The position numbers were made by a program, and so were the translations under genes. From NCBI GenBank assembly GCA_028023455.1, contig JAQFVV010000011.1, positions 1-64,000 on the forward strand: 64,000 nt of DNA. The letters run 5' to 3'. The notes under the pieces were generated by a model. That model was not told the origin of the DNA, did not search any database, and was given only the letters and a program-made list of their open reading frames with translations. Shown piece after piece: positions 23,833-37,725 of the stretch. The stretch's first letter is position 1, and each line of letters starts with the position of its first letter. Source of the stretch: Epiperipatus broadwayi (Eukaryota > Animalia > Onychophora).

Positions 23833-25978
23833 TGCTGGTGCAGTTGGACAGGATCACCATTAGACAGATTTTGGGAACAGCAAACAAACATCAGACTTCA
23901 GTATTTAACCAAAAAAGTGAACCGCAGCCGTAGATAAATTCGTGTGTCGAAAATGGCTGCCAATATACAATTGCAAATAGCAGACTTCAATGTTGAAAAT
24001 CCAGGCAACTGGTCATTATATGTAAAATTAGTAGAGAAACATTTCCTGACAAATAGTGTCAAAGAAAATCACATAAAAATAGCTACTCTTTTGGGTTTTG
24101 CAGAGATCAAAGTATTGGAAATAACCAACCATTTGTGTGAGCCTGAAACATTACCATATAACAGGTAGTCATGAAATTAACTGTAGAATTCTGCTCTCTA
24201 CCATTAAAACATATCGCAAAACTATATTTTAAACTATGATGACAGGAAAAAGGTGAACTCTTTAAAGAATATGATGTGGCTCTATGCGAGTTAACAAAAA
24301 TTGTGCTTAAGGCCAGTTCTTAGAAGAAGCACTCCTCAAACAATTGTTACTAGGATTACACGAATCAAAATTCCATGAATATGTACTAGCGGACTATCCC
24401 ATAATGTATAAGGAAGCAATAAAAATGGTAATGGCACATGAATTAGCAATCGACCAAGCTAAGGAATATATAAATAACACATCGCAGCATATACAGTATC
24501 AGCTGACCCATAGAATAATCGAACGAGAAGGGAAAGGCTCCAGAGCCCCTTGTTACCACTGCAGAAAACCAGGACACCTTGAGTGAAATTTTAGTCAATC
24601 CCAGCAAAAACTGTCAAGCCACAGATAATGAGAATCTCTGGTGAGGGATTTTGACCAATTAAGTTTAAGAAGGCAACCCCCAGAAATGTATGATATAAAA
24701 GCATTAAAGAGCGCCAAGTCCGAAATTAAGCAAATATTATACATAGAAGGAAAGTGTTTCAAAATGGAAATAGATAGCGGCTCAGGAGTTTCTCTTATAT
24801 CTTTAAGAGATTGGAAGAACATTACTAAAGAAAGCAGATTTAAAAAAAAAAATTGAGAGGACCGAAGTTTGTGCTAGAGACATAAATGGAAACATGGTTG
24901 AGATTGTCGGACGAGTTATGGTGAGTAAAATTGAATGTGAACAGAGGGCTACTCTTATTTATAGTGCATAACTGAATAAACCACTGATTGGTAGGAACTG
25001 GTTTCGACCACTGGGAATCACGATCAAGGTAATAAAATAAAGTAATATCAGTAAAGAAATACAAAGTAAATTCCCACTTCGATTTAGTACAAGATTGGGT
25101 CAAATACAAAGAACACCGGTGCAATTAGAGTTGATCACTGGATGCCTGTAATATGCAAAAGCTGGAAAGTACCATATGCACAGCAAAGCAAGGTGGATGA
25201 AGCATCAGAAGCAAATAATGTGAGTTTGCAGAATTTGGATAAAAACAAAGGAGAACCAGTTGTGAAAGTTAAGAGGTACAGAAGTGAAAATGCTTCCAAA
25301 TCTAAAAATCCGACAAGCAAACTTGGGAAAAAGAACTTGCTAACTTTTGATAAAGTTAAGGAAGAATTCATGAGCGGCAGTGACAACATGAAAGAGAATT
25401 ACGTGAAGCAGCTCGATGAAGGCATCAAGAGTGGCTTCAACAGAAAGAAATTGAAAGAAGACAGAGAGAAGAAGCTATAAGATTATGGATTGAGCACAAG
25501 AAGTTCATTGCTGGTGAGAAAATGTGGATTAGAGATTGTCTGCAGAAAATCTGGATTAGAGATTGTCTGCAGAAAATCTGGATAAAAGGTGAAGTAATCA
25601 GCATAACTTCAAAGAATATTGTGACAGTGCAAACGGAAGGTGTGATGGTATACAAAAGACATTTTAACCACATTCACCGCCGGAGTGTTCTAAGCTGGGA
25701 AGGTACCCTGACTAAAACAATGAGAACAAATCAAAAGAGACTAAATCAGAGATCAGCAAGATTCAAGTTGCTAATCCAGAAATCCAAACAAATTAGTGAA
25801 GCATACACCTGAAACTAGAGAGCCAGTGATGATTGAAGAACAGCCAGAAACAGAATTCAAGTGAAGAGGAGCAGTCAAGAGAAGAGCGAGGATACCACCA
25901 TCCAAGACAAATAGAAAACCACCCGTATACCTAAGAGACTTTGTGAAATAACCAATATTTCTGGAATGGGAGAAGGAG

Positions 25979-26541
25979 TGTGGTGTCACGGATAAGTTAG
26001 TTAGGATTGTTTGAAATTTATTATGTAAATAGTATTGTAAAATTAAAGGGATTCATAAATAAGTATAGAATTGTATGACTAAATAATATTAGAAGTGTAT
26101 AACTAAATAATATTGGAATTATTTAATGTAAAATGTCATGTAGAAAATAACCATATATGGTTTGAAGGTTTAAGTAAAATTTATTTCCAAAATGCTCACC
26201 TTATAAGGTGAAATTGGAGATAAATCAAAACTCATAGTGACTAGTGAAGGGCTCAGTTAGCAGACCATATAAGGAGAAGTATTTATGGAATAAGAGATGT
26301 TTTGTTTGAACTCCAGAAGTCGGGTATATAAGTGGGATATAGAGGAAGAATCGAGGTAGTAAAAAATTAGAGATTACAGTGGCCCTAATGGGAAGAACTA
26401 TGATACCTTACTTTAAAGAAATGCTTTACCGACATATGTAACAGTTATTTATGTAATTGAATTTTTCTGGAAATTAAATTAATATTTTAACTTACGCAAA
26501 TCTGTCTAAATTTCTCATTTATTTGACACATACGCGTCACA
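25979..26541 (+). repeat. 3' LTR
   Basis: Starts TGTGG directly after the polypurine tract and ends GTCACA. Confidence 0.9.
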
Positions 26542-27077
26542 CCATATTTTTTTATTTATTCAAATTATACAAATATGGATTGTAATTATATACTTACAAT
26601 ACCATTTTATCTAATTATGCTTGAAACATTAAAAATACACTAAAGAAGATGTAGAACACTGTTCCATCACGTTAGATGACAGAAAAAGCTCTGATGTCAA
26701 CTACTGATTTAATATAGGCAAACAATCAAACACAGTTGTATTGTTAGCATTTATTAGAATTCAAACACAAGAATTATATGAATCTCTCAATATATAGATT
26801 AATTATGGCACATTCAGAAGTTATTTGTAACTGAAGGTAATAATGGCAAACAATTTACTCTGATTAATTGCACAGACATGATGGAAAAGAATGAGCATTT
26901 GGATAAACAAATCTTGATCTTTGTTAATGCAAATAATAACTTAAGTAATTTCAAAATTACAAAAATTGTACTTCCCCCAAATCATTCATTAAGTAACATT
27001 TGATAAATAAATAAATAAAGCAAATATATGACATGATCACCATCTCTTATACTAGCACATAATTGTTATTAAACAAG

Positions 27078-27517
27078 GCAACATTCTCAATACAGTAGTG
27101 CCAACCAGAATAATCAATGGATGCCAGAAGGCTTGTGCATAAAATCCGTACCTAGTGCCTACTCATCCAATATCCCCAGACTAGTTTCTGGCTTGTGGCT
27201 GAACTGAGTTCAGACCCATATGACTATATAAGCTATTGAGCTTAGATTGAAAATATTGTGTTTTCCAAATTTCATTCTCATAGTTTTGTAGTTAAGTAGA
27301 GATAAAAGGTGGCTGCTGGAGGGTTGCATTAGATCCTAAGATCTAGGTGCAGTGCTCTCAGATCTAAGGCTCCTCACTGACGAAGGCCACAAGCCAAAAA
27401 CTAATCTGGGGATATTGGATAAGTGGGCACTAGATAGGAATTTTATGCACAAGCCTTCTGGCATCCATTGATTACTCTGGTTGGCACAGGGTGGCACTAC
27501 TGTATGGAGAGTTTTGC
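27078..27517 (+). mobile_element. Hammerhead-bearing element family HH-A: inverted 5' partial copy plus forward copy
   Basis: 27078-27200 is the reverse complement of 27385-27517. The forward copy has TCCTCA CTGACGA AGGC CACAA GCCA AAAAC TAATC TGGGGA (core 27377-27383). The inverted arm keeps GAAACTAGTC. Confidence 0.88.
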
Positions 27518-28902
27518 TTTGTTTTGGCACGTTTATTTGAAGAAAAAAAAGTTTGTTTTTAGTGATAGTTGGATTAATGTAGTCCGCAAATATATGAGAC
27601 TTGATAATCTCGTTCAGGTCTCAAAGAACTTGAAAATCTTTTTCCTCCCTTTTAAATTTCTATTGCGTATTTAAAACAAATTTTTCATAAATAAAAAAAA
27701 ATATTTATGTCCTTAGTTTTAAAGAAAAGAAGAATATATGAAAAACTTCCAATTTCGAGTTGATTCTTTACATCACAAAAATGTGTTTCTTTGAAATATT
27801 TTCGATAAATGCTAGAAAACTACTTGGTATATGTTGTTAGAATTCATTAATCAATTTTTTTTAATTAATGCATTGAAAGTTGAAGGCGCTTTACTTGTTC
27901 TGAATTTTTATACATTAATCGACAATGTTGTAAACAATACACATTTTTTTAAAAACACTAACTGAATGAATTTTCTCCATTCCAAAGGAAATTTTAAGCA
28001 TGTCTTTCGAATGCAATATAATTTAACAAAACATACTTTTCACATATCCTATGTATTTTAAAATATTAATGACCAATAATATAATCCGATTATAATGGGC
28101 TTTTAAAAGTATATATTTGAAGCCCATTATAACTGGACCAACTTTTATACTATACATAATGACAGCAATAAAAAGTTGCTGACCCCTATCTTAAAAGGTA
28201 TTAAGCATAAAAATGAGAGACAAGGTTGAATTATTTCATGTATTTATATATGCTAAATGTACTAATCTGTGATAGTTAGTGTTATACTTGGGCTAGAGAT
28301 AATTTCTAGTTTTATAAATGATTAGCAATAATCATTATTGCATTTGTGTGAAGAAGTTGGTGTCAAAGTTGTGCACAGAACATTTGACACTTGAAAATCA
28401 AATTACAACTCCCCCACAGCAATCTCTACAGTATTTTAATATTATATCTGAATAATAATTGCCATGCAGTTAACTCAGTTAACTTCTGAGCATTTAAATA
28501 TTAAATGATATATGAGCTAATGATTTACATTCTTTTGACCCAGAATTATTAATAATTTATAATTTAATTTTTTCCCTTGTGAGTGATAGAAGTAGGGTCT
28601 ACGCATTCATTATCCTGACTTTTTGGGTACAAGGATTTGTATTCTCTTCTAATACAGCACAGAACATTGATGGAATTTTGTTAATAACAGGCCTTAAATT
28701 TATTAGTCATATTTATCTCTGGAAATGCATATTAGATAAATTTATTTTACTCTTGCCGTCATCCTTAATAGGAGTTTAAGAATTAAAAAAATACCTAGTT
28801 ATAATCATCTGCCACCTTTGACTCATATTTATAAATATACTACTAAACATCACATGATCACCATTTATAAATATTAGAACTATAATGTGTGTGCTAATAG
28901 CT

Positions 28903-29010
28903 TTTAACAAGCTTTTTCTGAATATTCCTATCCCCAGATTGGTGTCTAGTTGCTGGCTGTCATCAGTGAGAAAACGGTGTAAGGATAGGGATATTCGGAA
29001 AAGCTTGTTA
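28903..29010 (-). mobile_element. Short fold-back element with a degenerate HH-A-type hammerhead
   Basis: Arms aacaagctttttctgaatattcctatcc / ggatagggatattcggaaaagcttgtt. The minus strand reads CTCA CTGATGA CAGC CAGCA ACTA GACAC CAATC TGGGGAT (28970-28930). Confidence 0.7.
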
Positions 29011-30285
29011 CACGCTCATTATATAACATTTGTAGTACAAGCTTATTAAATTAAGTCAGTGATGTATGACTTTATTTCCTTGCAATAAGAAATACAATAA
29101 ATCTATTGTGTTAAACTGCATTTAGTCATTTGCTTTTTTTTTTAAGATCATATTTGTTATGTAGAGCTTTCAATATTTTTTAAAAATTAAATATAAAATA
29201 AGAACTAAACTATTTTATTTAAATAAGACCTATAGATTTAATCATTTATAACAAAGCAAGTAGCATAAATGATGTTTAATTTCGTATATCAATCATTATA
29301 AAAATTAACTTTATGAGAGTCTAGCATTTGTTTTGTTTTTCATATGCATTTATAATCTGAATTTATATTACTATTAAAGTTGTTTTAAAATATTGTGGTT
29401 TGATTAGCTTATTTAAAATAAATAAAGCGATTTAAAGAAGTTAAATTGACTGAACTTTCGTTATTTGTTCAAATCCTGAAATTATCAGTTTTTTATCTGC
29501 TGTTTTATATGTTATAATCATAATAATATGTAAAAAAATCTTGAACTATGTAATGAATAAATAAATATGGATATGTTTTTTTAAATCGTATGACTTGTAA
29601 AAATTTATATTATAGGCATGCATCTTATTTGGTACTATGGGTGCTGAAGTGCCATCTACCGGCACAGTATGGCACACTCAACAGTACCTCTTATTTTAAT
29701 TTAATTTTTAAAAAATCATAACAATAAATTTTACATCTGCTATTTAGATAATATATAAATGAAATAAATTAAACTTCATTTAAAATAAATAATTAAAATA
29801 GAAACGCATAAAATATACTTTTGGTTGATTTGTCATTTAAAATCGATAAATATAGCAACATATAATTTGGAAATCAATTGCAGAAAGAAATTTTCTGATA
29901 GCTGAAAGGAGGGAGACCCTTTGTTAAAAGAAACCCAACAGCAAATTCCTAATATCTGCTCCATATGTTTTTGTTGTTGCAATTGCTCACCTATGCATCA
30001 GTCATGTGGAGAGTTTTGTTTTTTTTTACTTCTGAGTTGAAGATCTGGCATTTCTTCTCAGATTCCCAACAGCTCTTAGCAGAAATATCAGTTGAATTTT
30101 TTTGAAGCAGAATGAATGTGTGTGTGAATGAACTTTTTTTTTAAATCATCATGATATACAAAATTAAATTATGACCCTTATTTCCAGGAGGCTATAAAGT
30201 TATCCCAAATGCAGTCAGGGTACAAATTCCTCAAAATTGATGAATCTTAATACTTTAGCATTACAGTTCAGTATAATTAAGCTAC

Positions 30286-30376
30286 TTTTTTTTTCATGTA
30301 TCAAAGCATCAGCCGGGAAGTGAATCCGGGACAACTGCTTGTAAGGCAACTGTGCTTACCACTCGGTCACCAACAC
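30286..30376 (-). mobile_element. tRNA(Gly)-like SINE
   Basis: Reverse strand GTGTTGGTGACCGAGTGGTAAGCACAGTTGCCTTACAAGCAGTTGTCCCGGATTCACTTCCCGGCTGATGC, followed by ttgatacatg and an A tail. Confidence 0.75.
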
Positions 30377-30539
30377 TTGACATAATTAATTGGACAAAAT
30401 CAGCAAAAAAATTCATAGTCAATAATGTACGGTGTACTAGATTTCATATAATGGGCCCTTAAGCTTGCAGCCAAGGCAGCAGTTGGAAGTTGAATATTAA
30501 AATGTTAATAATCTTCTGATTATGGACCCAGGCTGCCAT

Positions 30540-32790
30540 TGCATAATGATCTTTCATGAAGGTATTTACAACTGCATATCACTTTCAAGTCAAGAAAAAA
30601 TGAAGAATTGGAAAAAGAATTGTCTAATATTAAATGAGACATTGCTGGATTTTGTGGAGTTAGAAAAAAAGATGAATAGATAATTGATTTAAAAATCGAC
30701 ATGTAGTATACTACAAAGACACAAATATTAGAAGCAGAAGTGGATTAGGATTATTATGAATAAAAAGGCAGAAGAATAACATAGGGAATATTGATAGCAT
30801 ATGAGACAGAATGGAAAGATTAGTTATTCAACTTAATGGAAGATAACAAATTCAGAAAATTTCAGACTTATGCCTGAAGCAAGTTTTTGTTGTGATGAAG
30901 AAAGAGAGGATTTTTATTTGAAAAAGGCTTTTCATCAGACCAAATAACATTTTTAAATTATCATTGGAGACTTTAATGTGAGAATTTGTAATTGAAAAAT
31001 GAAAGTGTTGTATGTAAATTTAATTATGGTAAAAGAAATGAGAGAGACAAAGACTTGTGGAATTCACAGAAAAAGAAAAATGTATATTATAAATTCTTTC
31101 TCTGAGAAAAAAAGCTAACTGGAAATAGACATGGAAGCAACCAAATGAAGGTACAGCAGAATTGGATTATATTATAACTAATAGAAAAAATATACTGTAA
31201 GATAAAATGTTGTTTTTTAGTAAATTTAACACAGGAACTGATCTTCAATCAGTGAGATATGTGTTAATGTGAAACTAATCTTCAGAAACATTTCAAATAA
31301 GAATTTGCAAATCATTTTACAATATTAACAGATTTGAAGATGGTTCAGATGTAAATGAAATCAATAGAAAAATATCTCACACTCTATTAAGAACTGAATA
31401 AGGATAGTTGGTATTAAAAAAAGCAATTTACTGATAAAATGTTTACTGAAACAACAGAATTTATGAAGAAAATAATGAATATGAAAATATATAAAAAAAT
31501 ATAAGAAAAATATAATTGTGAATTGGTGAGGAAAGCTATAGAAAAACAACATTTTGGTATTAGTAGGAAACTTATTTCTGCAATAAGAAAAACATATGGA
31601 ATTATTATTAAAAAGAGAGATGATATCATGACATGTATGAAAGAGGTCTATAAAGAATTATATAGCAATAAAGGAAAAAATATCTCCTACAATTAATAAA
31701 TATTCCGCTTTTCCCAAGATTTTAAATCAAGAAGTGAGAAGTAATTAAATCTATTAAAAAGATAAAAGCTTCATATAATGATGGAATTATAATCAATATC
31801 CTAAAAAAAAGAGCAGGTAATAACATAGAAAAATTGTTAGCAAAGTTATATACTAAATGTCTAAATAATAAATATTGTACCTAATGATTGGAAGAATGCA
31901 TTAGTAATATGAATATTTACAAAAGGTGATAAAAAATATTAGAAATGACAGATTTTTCAGTTTTTCACTAGTTCTATGCAAACTTTATGAAGATAATTAC
32001 AACTCGTCTATTTAGTATTATTGTGGATTAAAATGGAAAGCTAAGGGAGCAAAAATAAATGGAGATTATTTAAGCCATGTAGATTTTGCAGATGATGTAA
32101 TTGTTTTTTGTTTTTTTAATAATGCTTCAGGAAATGTTGCAAGAGTTATTAGATGAAGGTAAGAAAATAAGTATAAAGTTAATGTTAAAAAAGACTAAAG
32201 TAATGTTCAATGGATTTTTAAAAAAGAAAAAGAAAATAAAGATTGATAATATTGAATTAGAAGTAATTAATGATTGCAAATACTTTTGGTATATTACTAA
32301 TACAGATGGAAACATAATGGTTAAAATTAATCATAGAATTAAAATTATATGGAATGATTTTGTAGAAATAAATATTAAAAGGAAATATGCCTATGTGTTT
32401 GAAAAAAGATTTTTTAATAAATGTGTTTTAGCACTTCTTACTTATGGGTCTGGGAATTGAATAAGAAGATCAATACAGAGACTTCAGACTGTTCATTGAT
32501 GTATGGAGAGATATCTGTCAGAAGTAACAAGAATGGATTGAAAATGAAATATGTGGATGAGAGAACAAGCAGATATTAATGAGATCATTGGAAAAAATTA
32601 TGAGACTGAATGGAAGCTGAATTGGACATATTGCTAGGAGAAATGATAGCAGTTAGACAGTTAAAATGTTAAACTGGATTCCAAGAGATTGTAAAAGACT
32701 TAGAAAGAGACCAGATGTGAGATGGATGGATTAAATAAGGAGGATTAAATTTGAAGAGACTCATCCTACCGTGTATCAATAATGGTTAAA
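30540..32790 (+). mobile_element. Near-full-length decayed RTE-clade LINE (APE plus RT)
   Basis: IGDFNVRI (~30962), ELDYIITNR, VPNDWKNA, RFADDV (~32080), LTYGSG and RPDVRWMD, with a GATGAT tail. Many stops and frameshifts. Confidence 0.9.
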
Positions 32791-33624
32791 ATAATGATGA
32801 TGATAAATTTGGAAAACATCCTAATAATTCCATAGGTTTAATCAATATTTTCAAAACGTTTAAATAGACAAATCCTTATTGAAGTATTTTATTGCTGTTA
32901 ACAGACAAGAATACTAAATAGAGATGCATAATTTTGAGTTTTCATTTTATTACTAGATATATATAAATAAATAGCATATAATTTGGAAATCATCCTGATA
33001 ATTTTATTGATTATTTAATTGAGCACTTGTATATAATAATTTAAAAACATCCAATTCTGGTATTAGCTTCAACATTGCACATATTTAAATTTTCGTTTTA
33101 TTTTATATTTATTTATATTAATTGTATTTTATATTCCCTTGATATAAAAATAAAGCATTTGGGTTTTCTACCTTTAATTTGCATTTTATTCATATAGAAA
33201 TGATATGTTTAATTATTCGACAAAGGCATATTATAAGGAAATATGCCTTCAGCATTTTATAACACTAAATCTTGATAGTAAATATTAATACCAATTTAGA
33301 AAAGAAATTGAATAAAAGATTTTTGCAAATAATATTGAGGAATAATTTTTTTCAAAAAATTACATAATTTTAAATCATTGTATGGGATTTAAATGATTTT
33401 TTCTCAGTTGTCAGATATTTATTTCAGAGAATTATATCTCATTAATAATATATAGGATTGACTTTCTTTCCAAGAATTAAAAAAAAAAATTCAAGCCAAT
33501 CTGAAATAAGTTTAAAATTTAAAATTCTACACTTTAAAACTTGTTTATTCCAATTATATACTAATTCTTTAGAGAGAAAAATTAATATATACATTTATTT
33601 CTATTGTTCAAGTTACTAAAATAG

Positions 33625-34250
33625 GATTATGATGTGATGTGGCTTCTCCTTAAACGAAGTCAAGAATCTCTCAGCAATTATACCCAGAGAAATCTGTTAG
33701 CCATTTTATTTTCCATTCCCCACTCTAAGTTTTCCCATATTCGTCTCCTTTCCATTTCCAAAACATAATCTTTGTAAACTCTATGACCTTTATATCTAAA
33801 TCCCCCTTATCTTTTCCCAAACCCAACATAAAAACCAATAATCCATTTTCTGCTAATCACTTTTTTCATATTTATTCTTCCATAATTTCATTATATGTAA
33901 CCTTCCTGTTTTCAAGCATTTATATTCAATTAATAGATGCCTAATATTTTCTATTTTTTCCTTACACAATTTACAGATTAAATCACCAGTATTTTTCCAT
34001 TTACATGTATATTCTCTTGTTGCTAAAGACCCCGTTCTAACCTTAATACTTTCCTTACTATTATCATATATTAACTCGCATCTAATATTCTGCTTACTTC
34101 TATATATATTTAAACTCTTTTTACTCTCCATACTAGTTCTCCATCTCTCTAACTCCCTATTCTTTAATAATAAATTATTCTTTTATCCCATTCCTTACCA
34201 CTATAACACTCAACAATCCTCCTAACACAATCATCCCATCTTTTGTATAA
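33625..34250 (-). mobile_element. 3' fragment of a non-LTR retrotransposon with C-terminal Cys/His motif
   Basis: ORF 34131-33853 includes KVRTGSLATR...ICKLCKEKIENIRHLLIE.KC. The 3' end has a CACATCACAT tail, and the same 3' end recurs at 44345-44425. Confidence 0.75.
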
Positions 34251-37200
34251 ATATATTGATATGAGAGATTATAATTATTTTAGCTCCATCTGATGGTCAG
34301 GTTAAAAACATTAAAATACATATAAATATAATAAATATTTTATTCATTTCTTAACTTAAAATTACTTATTTTTAAGTATATGAATCATTAAATTTTATTT
34401 AAACCAGTGTTTTGGAATTAAATATTTTTATCTTTTGTCAGTACATGCCTCCAAAGAGAATATATGTATGTACATATTTTATTGTTAGTTAATAATGTTT
34501 TGCATTGGGTGCATATTGTTTAATTAGTTGACTATATACATTTACTATTTTCCTATAATATTCAATTTTATCTAAATTAATTATTAGATATTATATTTGG
34601 ATTATTTCCATCATCTAGAATCAATGGTTAAATGTCTTTAGGAAAATTCAAATTATATTTAAACATTTTAAATATATTCAACAATTAATAATAGCACATA
34701 GATCAACAATTTCACACTACACACAAAATTAATTATTAGTTGAACTTTGGTGTAAATAAAATATCTCTTTTATCCTTTTATTTCCCGACTTTGCAGATAC
34801 CTTTTCTTCTCATTAAATATTAAATATTTCTGTATGAAATATTTATGCCTTAATTAATTTTAAATTTTAGAATAATAATAATTATTTATTTATTTTGGTG
34901 CTGATTTAGTTTGCATTCATGGCCATTTTGGAATCTAAAGACCAGCCAAAACCACAATTGATAAATGATGTAAATCTTGAATAAAAACACTTTTAAATTC
35001 ATATTTTAGAAATTATAAGCTAGTAAAAATAATGTTTTATTTCATATGGGCACATAGTATAATCTTTTAATATTTGGAAATTATATGCTTGGTTTGATCA
35101 GACTTCTGCATCTTTTGGATAATACTTTGTATTAGCCAAACCATCCTCCCCCTCCCTGCATATTCAGATGCTTTGTGCCATCATATTTTAAATATTATAT
35201 GAAGGTAAATTTTAAAAGAAAAAAAATCCCTAATAAAATAAAGCATATAATTTTTACTAGCTTATAATTTCTAAAATATGACTTTAAAGTATTTTTATTC
35301 AATATTTATGTCATTTATCAGTTGGATGTGTCAGTGATGGTTTTTAGATTTCAAAATGGTTATGAGTGCAAATTAAATCAGGTCCTATTTTTTTTATTTT
35401 AATCTACACTTGCATAAATTAATTAACTCACTGTGCAATCTGTAATTGGCTTAATGCTGTGGATATGTACATTAAATAAAAAATTTAATTGAATTATTAT
35501 TATTGTTTTTTGTGTGTTTGGATAATTAACTGACCTTCAGATACTCACCTATTTTAATATATATATTATAACGGTCGGATGGAATGGAGTCTTACCATAT
35601 CTGCACTACAGGGCGCCACAGGGTTATTTGAACCTAGAAAATTTATATAGTAGGCAGATACGTAAGTTAAGATTCACATTTTACATGTTTTATTCAGACC
35701 GTCAGCCCATGCCACTATGAATTCTTATCCAAAAATATTTTCAATATAAAAAAAAAAATAAAAGAAGCCACTGCCAGTAATAACACACACAAACATTTAC
35801 TTAACATAAATGTAATTTAGAATTATTATTTTAGTCTAACTTTTACTTTAACATTTAAATTTACATTTTTAACTTTTATTTTTGGAAGTTCGCACAGATG
35901 AATTTAATATTTTATTAAAGTGTCAAGTATGAATAGACTACATAGAATGCATTTGAAAAGAAAATATTCTATCCCTTATTTAACCTTAGGCCAAAAGTTT
36001 GCAGTTAAACTAATGTCAATCCATCTGATACATGTATTCAATGTAGCATGAATATGACAGCACAAATACCATACTGTCAGGAATGTATATCTGAACAGCA
36101 TGGTTATAGAAGACATTGACTCTCATCCAGAACAGGAATACTACATCTGTCTGACAAGAAGAGCAATAAAAAAAAACTCCATAGGAAGGGACTGCATTTT
36201 CCGTCTGACTATCCCATTCCATAGGCAAAAAAAGAGTGATCCAAGGAGCAAGGAATACCATCTGTCTCCAATGGTCAATAAGAAAGGCTTATTTCACCCA
36301 AGTGTGGCGTATAAGGTGACACTGCACATAGCGGACCTCATGCTACATTTACTAATTACACCAATATATCCAATCCATTAACCCAATTTAACTATGAAAC
36401 AAATAACCCAAGATTTACCCTCCCTCAATTAAACTAATATAACTTTACAAATCTATGCAGCCATTCACACCCGACTTAAATTTAACATTTATTAAAAGTT
36501 GTTTAAAAAAAAAAAATCATAATAAAAACTTAAAAGAATGAAACAAATAACTTAATGGCAATGACTTAAAAAAAATACATCAAATAAAATTAATTATTAA
36601 TAATAATTTACGTTGGTCAGATAGGATTCTATTTGTATTAAATACTGAAAGGTTTAGAATTTAGAGTTATTGTTTTGAAAATGTTCATAAAGTTCTTACA
36701 GTTTTAAACCTACTGGAAAAGTTACTGTTTTAGAAGTTTGCAATCTGGAATCCAGCATTAATTCCTCGATGTCCTGTGGTCTGCAGTATAAGAAAACGAT
36801 TGGTCATCTCTTTCTTTCTCTCTTTTTTTTATAACAAAACTGAAGGGATTGAAGAGTGCATTTTTCCAATCCATTCTCCTTCAACTCTAGCACACCTCTG
36901 CTTTCACATCTCTGTCCTCTTCCCAGTTCTTTCTTCACTCACTAAAATTTATTTCCAAACTTTTTCTTTTATATTAGAATTTTGGATTCAGTGGACATTA
37001 CGTCATGATGATGGTGATGGTCTTTTCGTGGAGGTCCATTTCCTGAGGGATTTCTTTTATTGGCTATTAGTTTCTATTGTTTTTTCTCTCCTATCTGACC
37101 TTTACTTATACATTTTGCAATGCCCAAGGGCTAGCTTACTTTTAACTAATTAAAATAATCATTTCCATTTTACAATAGCATTAATTAATTTATTGTACAT

Positions 37201-37725
37201 TGTTTTTTATCTTTAAATCTTTCAAGTCTTTTTCTTAATATTTACTTTTAAAACTTTTTCTTTTTTTTTAATAAAGTTTTCTTTTAATAATTTTTCATCT
37301 GTGCGATTTTATATATTAGAGTTTAGATGATTTTTAACTTTCAATTTTTAATTCTTAAAAAAGATGTTTTTATTTGCAAACTTTTATTTTTCATGACTAA
37401 TTTTTAGAAAAAAATAATGTAATGACATATATGCCTGTTACAATATATATATATATGTAAACTAAATGCAACATCAAATCAAAAATTCATTAACAAATAT
37501 TTTTCTGCCATGTAATATTTTATGTTATTTTGCTTCTTGAAAAGTGTGCCTTGGCAGGAAAACTATTAGTTGTGAATTTGATTAAAAATTTAATTTCAAA
37601 TTAGTGTCTTTGGGATTATTATATTGACTACTTTTTTGGCATTTTATCACACACACATATATAAACAACACTTTAATTACTATGTAATTACATTTTTTAC
37701 ACTTTAAAATAATAAAGTTGGTCAA

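Larger units (their letters stand above)
23282..26541 (+). mobile_element. Internally deleted Ty3/Gypsy (Mag-like) LTR retrotransposon
   Basis: Two ~550-bp direct LTRs. Internal remnants: gag-like WSLYVKLVEKHFLTN, zinc knuckle CYHCRKPGH (~24550), protease EIDSGSGVSLI (DSG at 24773), RT-start KVPYAQQSKVDE, and integrase C-terminal WIKGEVI...YKRHFNHI. PPT gggagaaggag precedes 25979. No RT, RNase H or IN core seen. Imperfect TSD CACCC/CACCA. Confidence 0.9.

Noticed and set aside
28086-28125. Small 13-bp hairpin ttataatgggctt / aagcccattataa
   Set aside because: No associated element ends or second copy seen, so it cannot be assigned.
30460-30545. HDV-like ribozyme at the RTE 5' end (GGCAGC...GCTGCC pairing)
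   Set aside because: Could not place P1.1, P4 or the catalytic C. One 6-bp helix is not enough.
36016-37153. ORFs 36100-36381 and 36776-37153
   Set aside because: No recognisable domain or splice pattern. Probably decayed repeat sequence, but could not be classified.
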